Below, piece by piece: positions 17,274 to 26,737 of a stretch of DNA of 40,715 bases. Origin of the DNA: Verrucomicrobiota bacterium (GTDB taxonomy: Bacteria > Verrucomicrobiota > Verrucomicrobiia > Limisphaerales > UBA1100); assembly GCA_028872645.1 (NCBI GenBank), contig JAPKDK010000002.1, positions 1 to 40,715 of the forward strand, read 5' to 3'. The translations under genes were made by a program, and so were the position numbers. Position 1 is the first letter of the stretch; every line of letters begins with the position of its first letter. Under the pieces are notes generated by a model, which saw only the letters and a program-made list of their open reading frames with translations, searched no databases and was not told where the DNA came from.

Positions 17274-18904
17274 CAGTGGTTCAGCCGAAACTCCGTCGAG
17301 GTCAGTAGCGCCCAAGCCAGATCACCCAAGGCCGCAGCACGGCGTTTATTATTCCGCTCCAAATAATTAGCAATCGTCGCTATCTCGTCCGCCTCCGGCA
17401 ACCGCGCCAGCATGGATAGGTACATTTCCTCTGCAATGGATTTGGGTGTTTCCAATTTTGTCAACCGTTCGATCAAGTTCCCCTTTTGCGGCTTCAACCA
17501 ATCTTGAATCAGCCGGTCGTTCATCAGGAATAACGCCTTGTTCAGCCCCGGGATAAAGTCCACCTCTGGTGTTCCTGCCGGCTCCGCGTAGGTCAACATA
17601 AACAGCGCGCGAATTTCCTCAAATGAAGGCGGCATCTCGCGGTTAGTGCCAGTGAAGTAACCGCGTTGGTCAAACTTCTCCGCGTTGTCCATCGCCTTCA
17701 ATTTTGTCACCCAGCCCTCATTGCCCGTCGCCTTTAACACTGCGTTTAGCAACTGCTCCGGCGTCATCGCCTTCGGATGAGCCGTACGGTATCTAGTTAC
17801 CTCCATTTTTTTGACACCGTTCGGAAACCGACTGCTACGCTGATAGCTCTCGCTCAATGCAATCTCGCGCACGAACCATTTCACATCAAACTCATGCGCC
17901 ACAAACTCACGCATCAGCAGTTCCATCAGCTTCGGGTGCGATGAAGGATTCTGTGTGTGCAGTTCATCTAGCGGATGCACCAGACCACGCCCCATCATCA
18001 AATACCAAATCCGGTTTACTCCGTTGCGCACGAAGTACGTATTGTTTTTTGAGGTTAAATCCCGCGCCAGCAACTCGCGCGGCCTAAATTTTGGGACTCC
18101 CGGCAATCCGTCTGCCGCCGGCTTCTCAAACTCCTGCCCCTTTTCAAACGCTGGAATCGCCACCTCCTTTCCGCCCGGCAATCTCGGTCCCGTGATCTCC
18201 TTCTCCGTTTTAAAGACCGACTGAAAATCCACCTTCTTCATCGCCACCCCCTCAACGAGATACGTTTGTTTATCCTTTGAGTTCGTCGCGGTCTTGGTCT
18301 GGTTTAAATAGGAAAACAGCCCCCAGTAATGCGCCTGCTTCCACTCATTCACCGATGGATGGTCGTGACACTTCGCACACTTTAAATCCATCCCGAGGAA
18401 TAAACGCGCCACATTCTCTGTCATCACGTGATGGTCCGTGGTTCCAAGGAATTTCATCGCCGGACGCTCATCACCTTGGCCCGTAGCTCCCACCATTTCC
18501 TGTGCCAGCACATCCCAGCGCGGCTTACCCTTCAAATTCTTTGCGAGAAACTCCCGCCATTCTTCATCAGTGATTTTGCCGAGTTTTTGTCGCTCCAGCA
18601 GCATTACTGATAAGCGATCGGTCCAGTGCGTTGCAAAGGCGTCACTGGCGATGAGTCGATCTATGAGCTTGGCGCGCTTACTAGAGGTGGTGTCTTGCAG
18701 GAAAGATCGAGTGTCCGTTGCACTTGGAATACGGCCAGTGAGATCCAGCCTCACCCGCCGAAAAAACTCCGAATCATCACTGCGCGTCGCCACGGCTCCC
18801 CCTGCTTTGGCGGCGATGAGCTTATCAATCCGTGGTGACAAATGCTCCGCCGCCCATCCGACAAGGACGGGCACCAGAGCGCAAATGAAGATGATGAGCC
18901 GCAT
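17273..18904 (-). CDS. DUF1549/DUF1553 (PSCyt2 + PSD1) protein lacking the N-terminal PSCyt1 cytochrome domain
   Basis: Start taken at ATG 18904 (MRLIIFICALVPVLVGWAAE, a signal peptide); the track alternative is 18943. Motifs FFRRVRLDLTGRIPS, CAKCHDHP, NRIWYLMMGRGLVHPLDE, ALFLMNDR. Confidence 0.87.
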   Translation of the reverse strand: MRLIIFICALVPVLVGWAAEHLSPRIDKLIAAKAGGAVATRSDDSEFFRRVRLDLTGRIPSATDTRSFLQDTTSSKRAKLIDRLIASDAFATHWTDRLSVMLLERQKLGKITDEEWREFLAKNLKGKPRWDVLAQEMVGATGQGDERPAMKFLGTTDHHVMTENVARLFLGMDLKCAKCHDHPSVNEWKQAHYWGLFSYLNQTKTATNSKDKQTYLVEGVAMKKVDFQSVFKTEKEITGPRLPGGKEVAIPAFEKGQEFEKPAADGLPGVPKFRPRELLARDLTSKNNTYFVRNGVNRIWYLMMGRGLVHPLDELHTQNPSSHPKLMELLMREFVAHEFDVKWFVREIALSESYQRSSRFPNGVKKMEVTRYRTAHPKAMTPEQLLNAVLKATGNEGWVTKLKAMDNAEKFDQRGYFTGTNREMPPSFEEIRALFMLTYAEPAGTPEVDFIPGLNKALFLMNDRLIQDWLKPQKGNLIERLTKLETPKSIAEEMYLSMLARLPEADEIATIANYLERNNKRRAAALGDLAWALLTSTEFRLNH

Positions 18905-18964
18905 TTGTCTTTCGACGCTGACATCTGCGCCCAGCTTCACCAAGCCTCGTGGCGATTATTTCTT

Positions 18965-19393
18965 TCAGCCCTCTTTTCCGGGGCTGGTTTCTCCAAGGTC
19001 TTTTCCTGCTTTTGGAGCTGTTCGCTCGGCTGGCTTGGCCTTCTTGGCGGCTTCCAGCTTGGCGAGGTATTTCTTAGGGTCTTTGTTAAAGTCTTTCAAG
19101 CAACCTTCACAGCAAAACTTTACTGTGATGCCTTCGTGCACGTGTACAAAGGGCTCGCCCATACTGTCCAGTTTCGAATCCTCCACTAAGCAGGTGGTCA
19201 TCGGATAATCGTCCGCCACTGCCGCGGCGTCTTTTTTGTCACCATCACCATCGTGATCATGGCCTTCGCCTGGGCCGTGATCCGGTTTGCCATCACCATC
19301 GTGATCATGGTCGTGTTCATCGCCGCAGCCAAGAAATAATCCAGCGGCAACGAAGGTGATCGGAATGAGTTTCAATATAAGGGACGTCTTCAT
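18965..19393 (-). CDS. Small lipoprotein with a His/Asp-rich tract and a Cys-rich (TRASH/YHS-like) C-terminal domain
   Basis: 142 aa. Signal plus LGC box (AAGLFLGCG). DEHDHDHDGDGKPDHGPGEGHDHDGDGD. C-terminal YPMTTC-x25-CCEGC...FNKDPKKYLAKL. Its stop is only 21-60 nt upstream of the DUF1549/1553 gene start. Confidence 0.75.
   Translation of the reverse strand: MKTSLILKLIPITFVAAGLFLGCGDEHDHDHDGDGKPDHGPGEGHDHDGDGDKKDAAAVADDYPMTTCLVEDSKLDSMGEPFVHVHEGITVKFCCEGCLKDFNKDPKKYLAKLEAAKKAKPAERTAPKAGKDLGETSPGKEG
19242..19310 (-). repeat. Perfect 21-nt direct repeat inside the lipoprotein gene
   Basis: CCATCACCATCGTGATCATGG occurs at 19242-19262 and 19290-19310, offset by 48 nt (16 codons). It encodes the duplicated HDHDGDG. 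Confidence 0.9.
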
Positions 19394-19473
19394 CGAGAAA
19401 TTCTGCCTTAATGAGTTGGCGGTGACCAGCCTTTTATTGGCTCAATCCAATTGCAATTTCACGCCTAATGTGA

Positions 19474-20544
19474 ATGATGGCCGCAATGAAACGCGTGCTT
19501 ACGGCTTTAGCTGTCTTGTTGAGTTGGAATGTCTTCGCACAAGATGCGAAAGGGCTGGAAGTGTATTGGGTGGATGTCGAAGGCGGCGCGGCGACGTTGA
19601 TTGTGACGCCAGCCGGCCAATCGATTCTCATCGATAGCGGAAATCCCGGCACACGCGATGCCGGCCGCATTCATGAGGTTGCCACCAAGCAAGCTGTTTT
19701 GAAGAAGATTGATTTTCTCATCACCACTCATTTTCATGGCGATCATTTTGGTGGTGCCGCGGTGCTCAGCCAGTTGATGCCCATCGGCACTGTGTACGAC
19801 AATGGCATCCCCGCACGCAATCCCGACCGAAACCGGCAGGATCCCGCGTTCATTCTTAAAGTGAAACCGTACAAGGAAATGAAAGTGGACGCCCGCGTGG
19901 TGGTGAAGCCGGGAATGAAGTTGCCGCTGAAACAGTCGCACTGGACTCCCAAGCTGAGCCTCACCTTCGTAGCCGCCGCGCGAAAGTTCATTGATGTTCC
20001 GCGTCGCGGTGTGAAGAAAAACCCACTCACCGGCACCGTGCCCGCCAAGCCGGAGGATCTATCCGACAACGCCAACAGCGTCGCTTCGCTTTTGGCGCTC
20101 GGCGACTTTCACTTTCTCGATTGTGGCGATCTCACATGGAACATGGAAGCCAAGCTCGTCACCCCCATCAACCGCATCGGCACCGTGGATGTTTATCAAG
20201 TAAATCACCACGGCCTTGCCAGCAGTAACAACCCTTTGCTTATCCAAAGCGTTGCCCCCACCGTCAGCGTAATGAACAACGGCCACACCAAAGGCTGCAC
20301 GCCCAGCGCCTTCACCGCGCTCAAGTCCGCCCAATCCATCAAGGCCATGTACCAAGTGCATCGCAACCTTCGCCCCGACGGCAAACAAAACAACACCGCC
20401 AACGAGTTCATTGCCAACCTCACCGAGCCGAAGGAGTGCAAAGCTTTCGCACTGAAAATGTCCGTCGCCGACGATGGAAAGAGTTACACGCTATTTAATC
20501 CACGCAACGGCCACAAACAGACCTTCAAAACCCGCAAACATTGA
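19474..20544 (+). CDS. Secreted metallo-beta-lactamase-fold hydrolase (ComEC C-terminal-like)
   Basis: 356 aa. Signal peptide [27 protein letters not shown] motif [11 protein letters not shown] and a later VNHHG. Alternative ATGs at 19477 and 19486. Confidence 0.83.
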   Translation: MMAAMKRVLTALAVLLSWNVFAQDAKGLEVYWVDVEGGAATLIVTPAGQSILIDSGNPGTRDAGRIHEVATKQAVLKKIDFLITTHFHGDHFGGAAVLSQLMPIGTVYDNGIPARNPDRNRQDPAFILKVKPYKEMKVDARVVVKPGMKLPLKQSHWTPKLSLTFVAAARKFIDVPRRGVKKNPLTGTVPAKPEDLSDNANSVASLLALGDFHFLDCGDLTWNMEAKLVTPINRIGTVDVYQVNHHGLASSNNPLLIQSVAPTVSVMNNGHTKGCTPSAFTALKSAQSIKAMYQVHRNLRPDGKQNNTANEFIANLTEPKECKAFALKMSVADDGKSYTLFNPRNGHKQTFKTRKH

Positions 20545-20546
20545 GC

Positions 20547-21239
20547 ATGTCCGACTACTCACTGGAAAATTTTGAGCGGCCAAAACTGCAAGCCCCCAAC
20601 GGCAAGCAGCACATCCTGCTGCACTCCTGCTGCGCGCCGTGTTCGGGCGAGGTGATGGATGCCATGGCGGCCAGCGGGATTGAGACGACGATTTTCTTTT
20701 ACAACCCAAACATCCATCCGCGCAGCGAGTACGAACTGCGCAAGGAGGAAAATATCCGCTACGCCGAAAAGCTGGGCATGGCGTTTATCGATGCGGACTA
20801 CGACACAGAAAATTGGTTCGAGCGCGTGCGCGGACTGGAAATGGAGCCCGAGCGCGGCGCGCGCTGCACGGTGTGTTTCGATATGCGCTTCGAACGCACC
20901 GCACTGTACGCCGCCGAACACGGGTTCGATTTAATCAGCAGCACCCTCGGAATTTCCCGCTGGAAAAACATGGACCAAATCAACGCCAGCGGCGCCCGCG
21001 CCGCCGCGCGCTGGGACGGTATGAATTACTGGACCTTCAACTGGCGCAAACAAGGCGGCGCCGCCCGCATGATCGAGCTCTCCAAGCGTGAAGAATTTTA
21101 CCAACAAGAATACTGCGGCTGCATCTACAGCCTCCGCGACACCAACGACTGGCGCCAAGAAAACAACCGAGAAAAAATCGAACGCGGCATGAAGTTTTAT
21201 GGCAAGGATGGGGTGGATCGCGGCGAATGTTCAGAGTAG
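20547..21239 (+). CDS. queH: Epoxyqueuosine reductase QueH (DUF208)
   Basis: The track start at 20541 is a TTG, so ATG 20547 is preferred. Motifs [41 protein letters not shown]. Confidence 0.87.
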   Translation: MSDYSLENFERPKLQAPNGKQHILLHSCCAPCSGEVMDAMAASGIETTIFFYNPNIHPRSEYELRKEENIRYAEKLGMAFIDADYDTENWFERVRGLEMEPERGARCTVCFDMRFERTALYAAEHGFDLISSTLGISRWKNMDQINASGARAAARWDGMNYWTFNWRKQGGAARMIELSKREEFYQQEYCGCIYSLRDTNDWRQENNREKIERGMKFYGKDGVDRGECSE

Positions 21240-22130
21240 CAGCGCCCCCGCCGGCACGGCGTCTTCACCTAATTCAGCCAGTTTGATTTGCGGGCCGGTG
21301 CCGTAAATTTCCATCAGAAATTCCGGTAGCTTTTCGGCAATGCCTTTGCGAAGCGGTTCGCCAATGAGCGCAAGGCCGCCGCCGAGGGTGATGGCTTGCG
21401 GATGAAATAAATGCGTGACGTGCGAGAGCGCAAAGGCAAGGTCGCGGGTGAGAGTGTCGAGAATGGATTGGGCGAGTGGGTCGTTTTGCGCGAGGGCGGC
21501 AGCAAGGTGTTTGGCTTCGCCTCCTTGTTCGTCACCGATTAAGTTGGCGAGCGTGCAATTGGGCGCGTCGGCAATAGCGGCGCGGATGGCGCGGTCAGTG
21601 GCCCAACCGGAGCAGCGATCTTCGACGGTGGTTCCGTCAGAATCCAACCGCAAATGGCCCACCTCCACTTCGCCGGGGGCGGCGCCGTGATAAATTATCC
21701 CATCAAGCACCAATCCGCCGCCCACGCCGCTGCCCATATTGATATAAAAGGCAGGATTAAATCCACGCCCCGCGCCCCGCAACGCCTCGGCCAGCGCGGC
21801 GGTGTTCGCGTCATTTTCAATGACCACCGGCAAGCTGGTTAAGTCATACAGCCAATCGAGCAAAGGGAATCCACTCCAGCCTTCGACCTGATGCGAAACA
21901 GCGACAGTGCCCTTCGCAATATCCACCGGCCCGCCAAAGCCCACGCCGATGCGTTCGGGTTTATGAGCAGCGATGAGCTTGGGCAGTTCCTCCGCAATGC
22001 GGTCGCGAATGACTGGCCCGCCGCCTGTGGAATCGACACTAAAGCGACAGCGGTCAATAATGTTACCCTCCGCATCACCGGCCACGAGCTGCTGCTTCGT
22101 GCCGCCAATTTCGATGCCGATGCGGGTCAT
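21231..22130 (-). CDS. ROK-family sugar kinase (no N-terminal HTH)
   Basis: 299 aa. [16 protein letters not shown] (ATP-binding), [18 protein letters not shown]. The canonical ROK zinc motif C-x-C-G-x-x-G-C is absent ([19 protein letters not shown]). Confidence 0.83.
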   Translation of the reverse strand: MTRIGIEIGGTKQQLVAGDAEGNIIDRCRFSVDSTGGGPVIRDRIAEELPKLIAAHKPERIGVGFGGPVDIAKGTVAVSHQVEGWSGFPLLDWLYDLTSLPVVIENDANTAALAEALRGAGRGFNPAFYINMGSGVGGGLVLDGIIYHGAAPGEVEVGHLRLDSDGTTVEDRCSGWATDRAIRAAIADAPNCTLANLIGDEQGGEAKHLAAALAQNDPLAQSILDTLTRDLAFALSHVTHLFHPQAITLGGGLALIGEPLRKGIAEKLPEFLMEIYGTGPQIKLAELGEDAVPAGALLL

Positions 22131-22213
22131 ATTTTTAATAGGGGTGGTCAGGATTCACAGGATATTTTTTTATCCTGAATATCGTGCTTATCAGTGTTAG
22201 ATTTATTTTTAAT

Positions 22214-23713
22214 TTAAATCAACTGCAGCGATTTTTCGGCTTCTTCGCTGAGGGTAGCTTGGCGGGTGGCCATTGAGGGGTCGGTGAGGTTTTCGTCGTA
22301 GGTGGGGATCATCGACTTCATTCGTTGGTGGCCGGCTTCTGTTTTTAGTAGATGGCTGAAGCAATCCTGCACGATCTCGAGGATGATGTTCACAGATACC
22401 GACGCGCCGGGGGAGGCACCGAGCAGGGCGGAGAGGGTTTTGTCTTGGTCGGAAATTACCTCGGTGCCGAAGTGGACGATGCCGGCATCGCCGTCTTCTT
22501 TTTTGATGGCTTGCACGCGGATGCCGGCGTCGATGAGCTCCCAGTCTTCGGCCTTGGCGTCGGGGAAAAAATTCTGCAATTCCTTCATCCGCGTGGTCAT
22601 ACTTTGCGTGCCTTGCTGCATCAGATAAGTCACGAGCGGGAGGTTGTGCAGACCGACCTTGATGAGCGAGCCGATGTTGTCCATCCGAATGGAGCCGGGC
22701 AAATCCCAGAAGCTGCCGCCTTCGTGCAAAAACTTGGTGGTCCACGCGGCGTACGGGCCGAAGAGGAGAGATTTTTTGCCATCAATAATCCGTGTGTCAA
22801 TGTGCGGCACAGCCATCGTGGGCGCGGCGCCCGGCGACATTCCGTAAACTTTGGCTTCGTGTTGTTTCACGAGTTCCGGTTTGTGGCACACGAGCCATTG
22901 GCCGCCGATGGGGAATCCGCCGAAACCTTTGCTCTCGGCGATGCCGGATTTTTGCAGCAACGGCAAACTGCCTCCGCCCGCGCCAATGAATACAAACTTC
23001 GTGTGGTTGGTAAACTTGCGGCCGGATTTATTATCCTTCACCTCCACGGCCCAACCTTCCCGCGTGCGAGTGAGGTCGGTGACGCGATGTCGCAGGGCGT
23101 AGCCGCAGCCGTCTTGTTGGCCGAGCCATTCCACGAGCAGCTCGGACAACGCGCCGAAATTCACGTCGGTGCCGCGATCCATTTTGGTGGCGGCGATAGG
23201 TGTGTCATCGCGACCGGCCAGCAGCAGCGGCGCCCAGTCACGGATGGTCTCGCGGTCATCCGTGTATTCCATACTGCTGAAAAAGTGATGGGCGCGCATC
23301 CCCGCGTGGCGCGATTTGAGAAAATCCACCTGCTCCTGCCCGTACACAAACGCGATGTGCGGCAGGGGGTTCACGAATTTTTTGGGATCATCAATCATCC
23401 CGTTGCGCACCGCGTAGCTCCAGAAATATTTCGACTGCTCGAACTGCTCAAAAATCTCGATCGCTTTGCTCACATTCACCTCGCCATCCGCGCCGCGATC
23501 GGGCGTGTAGCTCAGCTCGCAAAGCCCCGCGTGGCCGGTGCCGGCGTTGTGCCAACCATTGGAACTTTCCTGCGCCAATTCCTCGGTTACTTCGTATAGC
23601 TGAATTCTCAGGTCCGGCTGCAGATTTTTCAACACCGCCCCCAGCGTGGCGCTCATCACGCCGCTGCCAATCAACACCACATCCGAATCATCAATATGTT
23701 TGGAACCGCTCAT
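22214..23713 (-). CDS. mqo: Malate:quinone oxidoreductase
   Basis: The track start at 23716 is a TTG, so ATG 23713 is preferred. DVVLIGSGVMSATLGAVLK (FAD fold), ESSNGWHNAGTGHAGLCELSYTP. 499 aa. Confidence 0.92.
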   Translation of the reverse strand: MSGSKHIDDSDVVLIGSGVMSATLGAVLKNLQPDLRIQLYEVTEELAQESSNGWHNAGTGHAGLCELSYTPDRGADGEVNVSKAIEIFEQFEQSKYFWSYAVRNGMIDDPKKFVNPLPHIAFVYGQEQVDFLKSRHAGMRAHHFFSSMEYTDDRETIRDWAPLLLAGRDDTPIAATKMDRGTDVNFGALSELLVEWLGQQDGCGYALRHRVTDLTRTREGWAVEVKDNKSGRKFTNHTKFVFIGAGGGSLPLLQKSGIAESKGFGGFPIGGQWLVCHKPELVKQHEAKVYGMSPGAAPTMAVPHIDTRIIDGKKSLLFGPYAAWTTKFLHEGGSFWDLPGSIRMDNIGSLIKVGLHNLPLVTYLMQQGTQSMTTRMKELQNFFPDAKAEDWELIDAGIRVQAIKKEDGDAGIVHFGTEVISDQDKTLSALLGASPGASVSVNIILEIVQDCFSHLLKTEAGHQRMKSMIPTYDENLTDPSMATRQATLSEEAEKSLQLI

Positions 23714-23765
23714 CAAGGCTCGCGACGATGCGCAAAAACACCCCGCAATCCAAGCAAACTGTGAA

Positions 23766-23793
23766 TTGATTTTTGCGCGCCACGTCGTACAAT
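23766..23793 (+). promoter_or_regulatory. Candidate sigma70-type promoter giving a leaderless or near-leaderless transcript of the 23802 gene
   Basis: TTGATT (23766-23771), a 16-nt spacer, then TACAAT (23788-23793). The -10 ends 8 nt before ATG 23802. Pattern match only. Confidence 0.33.
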
Positions 23794-23801
23794 CGATACA
23801 G

Positions 23802-26696
23802 ATGCTCGCACGAATTCCACTCCTCTTGACAGTGCTTGCCGCACAGCCATTGGCCGCGGCTAAATTCCCCTCCGCGGATCTGGAATTTTTTGAGAAGAAA
23901 ATCCGGCCCGTGCTGGCCGAGCATTGCTACAAATGCCACAGCGCGAAATCAAAAAAGCTCAAGGGCGACCTGCGGCTTGATCATCGCGCGGGCGTGCTCA
24001 AAGGCGGCGATAGCGGGCCGTCAGTTGTTTCGGGCAAGCCGGAGCAAAGCCGCCTGATCGAGGCCATTGGCTATAACAACGTGGATTTGGAAATGCCGCC
24101 GCGCGGGAAGTTGACCGGCAACCAAATCGCCGACCTCACCGAATGGGTGAAACGCGGCGCGCCGTGGCCCAAGGAAGCCGTGGCGGGCGGCAACCAAAAA
24201 GAATTCAACCTCGCCCAGCGCCGAGCCGAGCATTGGGCGTGGCAGCCGGTAAAAAAACAAACGCCGCCCAAGGTAAAGCAAACCGACTGGCCCGCCTCGC
24301 CGATTGACCATTTTATTCTGGCCAAGCTCGAGGCCGCCAAACTCAAGCCCGTTGGCCTCGCATCAAACCGCACTTTCATTCGGCGCGCATATTTCGACCT
24401 CACCGGATTGCCGCCCACCCCGCAAGCCATCGCGGCCTTCGAGCAAGCGGCGATCGTCAATCGCCAATCCGCAATCGAAAACCTCATCGACGGCTTGCTG
24501 GCCTCGCCGCATTTCGGAGAACGCTGGGGGCGGCATTGGCTGGATCTCATGCGCTACGCGGAAACGTTTGGCCACGAATTTGATTTCCAAAATCAGGAAG
24601 TGTGGCGCTATCGCGATTATGTGATTCGCGCGTTTAATGACGACGTACCGTACGACCGCTTTGTGAAAGAGCACATTGCCGGCGACCAAATCAAACCGCG
24701 CTTTGCCAAGGACGGCGGCTGGAACGAAAGCCGCCTCGCTACCGCGTGGTGGTGGCTCGGCCAGCACTGCCACTCGCCGGTGGACATCCGCGCGTACCAA
24801 GCCGAAATCATCGACAACCAAATTGACGTCATCGGCAAAGCCTTCCAAGGGATGACCATCGCCTGCGCGCGCTGCCACGACCACAAGTTCGACGCCATCA
24901 GCACACGCGACTTTTATGCGCTGTACGGGATGATTGAGAGCGGCAGTTTCTCGCACGGCTCGGTGGAAGGTTCCTCAAAGTTTAACGACACACAGAAGGC
25001 GTTGACGGAAATGAAAGAGGCATTGAAAAAAATATTTGCCACCCAACTCAAGCCCGTCGCCGTTCTCAACGCCGCTGCCGCGCCGAAGGGGTATCATCTG
25101 ATTTCTGATATTCGCAGCAGCCACGGCAAAGATTGGTTTGCCGATGGCGTGGCGTGGGCGAACGCGCTGACCAAGGCGGGCGAGTTCACCGTGGAAACAG
25201 GCGGGCTACGTGGTGTTCCGGCGGGTTGGCTGCACAGCGGGCTGATGGGACGCAAATTTCAAGGCACGCTTCGTTCGCAGACTTTTGAGATTACGGAAAA
25301 TCACATTCACCTGCTTGCGCGCGGCCGGGATGTGCGCGTGAATGTGGTGATCGATAATTTCAAAATCATCCAAGGTCCAATTTATGCCGGCAACACTCGT
25401 ACGCTCAACAATGAGCAACCACACTGGGTGACATTCAATGTGGCGATGTGGAAAGGACATCACTGCTATTTGGAAATCGTCGACCTCTCCATCGCAACTC
25501 ACAACGGCAAAGGGTTGAAGCCCGACGGTTACGCGGCGGTGCGGGAGCTTTGGGTTTCCGAGAACGGCAAGCCACCCGCCGGCGCGTTACCTCGCTTGGC
25601 GAACCTCGTTCCGGCCAAAGGCGCAGAAGAGACGGCGTTGTTGAAAAAATATCAGCACCTCGCTAATGCCGTACCGAGTCCGTCGGTGGTGCCAGTGATG
25701 CTCGAGGGCACGGCGAGGAATGAAAAAGTATTCATCCGCGGCGGGCACGGAAATCTTGGGCCGGAAGTGCCACGGCGATTTCTGACTGCGCTGGTGGGCG
25801 AGCACCCGCCAATGCCCGCTGGTTCGGGCCGCATCACGTTGGCTAACCAAATCGCCGACACTGCCAATCCGCTGACCGCCCGCGTTTACGCCAACCGCAT
25901 TTGGCATCATCTACTCGGGCGCGGCATTGTGCCGAGCACGGATAACTTTGGCGTGCTCGGCGAAGCGCCGACGCATCCGGAGCTGCTCGATTGGCTGGCG
26001 CAGCGGCTGGTCGAAAACGAGTGGTCCACCAAAGAACTCATCCGCGAAATCATGCTTTCGCGCACGTATCAAATGAGTAGCAAACCCGCCGATGCCGCCA
26101 CCGAAACCAAAGACCCCACGAACACGCTGCTGCACCGCATGCGCGTGCGGCGGTTAGAGGGTGAAGCCATCCGCGATGCGATTCTGGCGGTGTCGGGGCG
26201 GTTGGACAAAAAAATGTTCGGCCCCCCGGTGGCGGTGCATCTCACTTCGTTCATGGAGGGCCGCGGACGACCGGGACGTAAGGGGCCGCTTGATGGCGCG
26301 GGCCGCCGCACGATTTATCAGGAAGTGCGCCGCAATTTTCTCTCGCCCATGATGCTCGCTTTTGACCTACCGCTGCCGCTCACCACCTTCGGCCGCCGCA
26401 CCTCTTCGAACGTCCCCGCCCAAGCGTTAATCCTGATGAACGACCCTTTCGTGGTCGAGCAATCCAAACTCTGGGCCAAACGCATTCTCAGCGCGAACGC
26501 CAACGATCCCGTCCGCATCCGCACCGCATACGAAACCGCCTTCGGCCGCCCACCCAACGCCGACGAACAAAAAGCCGCCACGGTTTTTCTCCAAACCCAA
26601 GCCAAAGCCCACGGCGAAAAACAACCCGCCGAAAAGTCATGGAGCGATTTCTGTCACGTTCTGTTTAACGTGAAGGAGTTTGTGTTTTTGAATTAG
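23802..26696 (+). CDS. Planctomycete cytochrome c family giant (PSCyt1 + DUF1549/PSCyt2 + LamG-like insert + DUF1553/PSD1)
   Basis: Track ORF 23646..26696, with the start moved to ATG 23802 (MLARIPLLLTVLAAQPLAAA, a signal peptide). FFEKKIRPVLAEHCYKCHS, FIRRAYFDLTGLPPTPQ, ASPHFGERWGRHWLDLMRY, CARCHDHKFD, NRIWHHLLGRGIV, LILMNDPF. 964 aa. Confidence 0.9.
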   Translation: MLARIPLLLTVLAAQPLAAAKFPSADLEFFEKKIRPVLAEHCYKCHSAKSKKLKGDLRLDHRAGVLKGGDSGPSVVSGKPEQSRLIEAIGYNNVDLEMPPRGKLTGNQIADLTEWVKRGAPWPKEAVAGGNQKEFNLAQRRAEHWAWQPVKKQTPPKVKQTDWPASPIDHFILAKLEAAKLKPVGLASNRTFIRRAYFDLTGLPPTPQAIAAFEQAAIVNRQSAIENLIDGLLASPHFGERWGRHWLDLMRYAETFGHEFDFQNQEVWRYRDYVIRAFNDDVPYDRFVKEHIAGDQIKPRFAKDGGWNESRLATAWWWLGQHCHSPVDIRAYQAEIIDNQIDVIGKAFQGMTIACARCHDHKFDAISTRDFYALYGMIESGSFSHGSVEGSSKFNDTQKALTEMKEALKKIFATQLKPVAVLNAAAAPKGYHLISDIRSSHGKDWFADGVAWANALTKAGEFTVETGGLRGVPAGWLHSGLMGRKFQGTLRSQTFEITENHIHLLARGRDVRVNVVIDNFKIIQGPIYAGNTRTLNNEQPHWVTFNVAMWKGHHCYLEIVDLSIATHNGKGLKPDGYAAVRELWVSENGKPPAGALPRLANLVPAKGAEETALLKKYQHLANAVPSPSVVPVMLEGTARNEKVFIRGGHGNLGPEVPRRFLTALVGEHPPMPAGSGRITLANQIADTANPLTARVYANRIWHHLLGRGIVPSTDNFGVLGEAPTHPELLDWLAQRLVENEWSTKELIREIMLSRTYQMSSKPADAATETKDPTNTLLHRMRVRRLEGEAIRDAILAVSGRLDKKMFGPPVAVHLTSFMEGRGRPGRKGPLDGAGRRTIYQEVRRNFLSPMMLAFDLPLPLTTFGRRTSSNVPAQALILMNDPFVVEQSKLWAKRILSANANDPVRIRTAYETAFGRPPNADEQKAATVFLQTQAKAHGEKQPAEKSWSDFCHVLFNVKEFVFLN

Positions 26697-26737
26697 GCTT
26701 GGTAACCCTCATCCGCGCTTCGGCGTAAACCCAAAAC

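Noticed and set aside
22158-22177. Hairpin CAGGATA-TTTTTT-TATCCTG between mqo and the ROK kinase gene, with an extra upstream TCAGGAT copy (22149-22155) allowing alternative pairing. Considered as the mqo terminator.
   Set aside because: The stem is short and AT-rich. The T-run is in the loop, not 3' of the stem, on the strand that matters (minus). It could be a protein-binding inverted repeat, but one copy gives no support.
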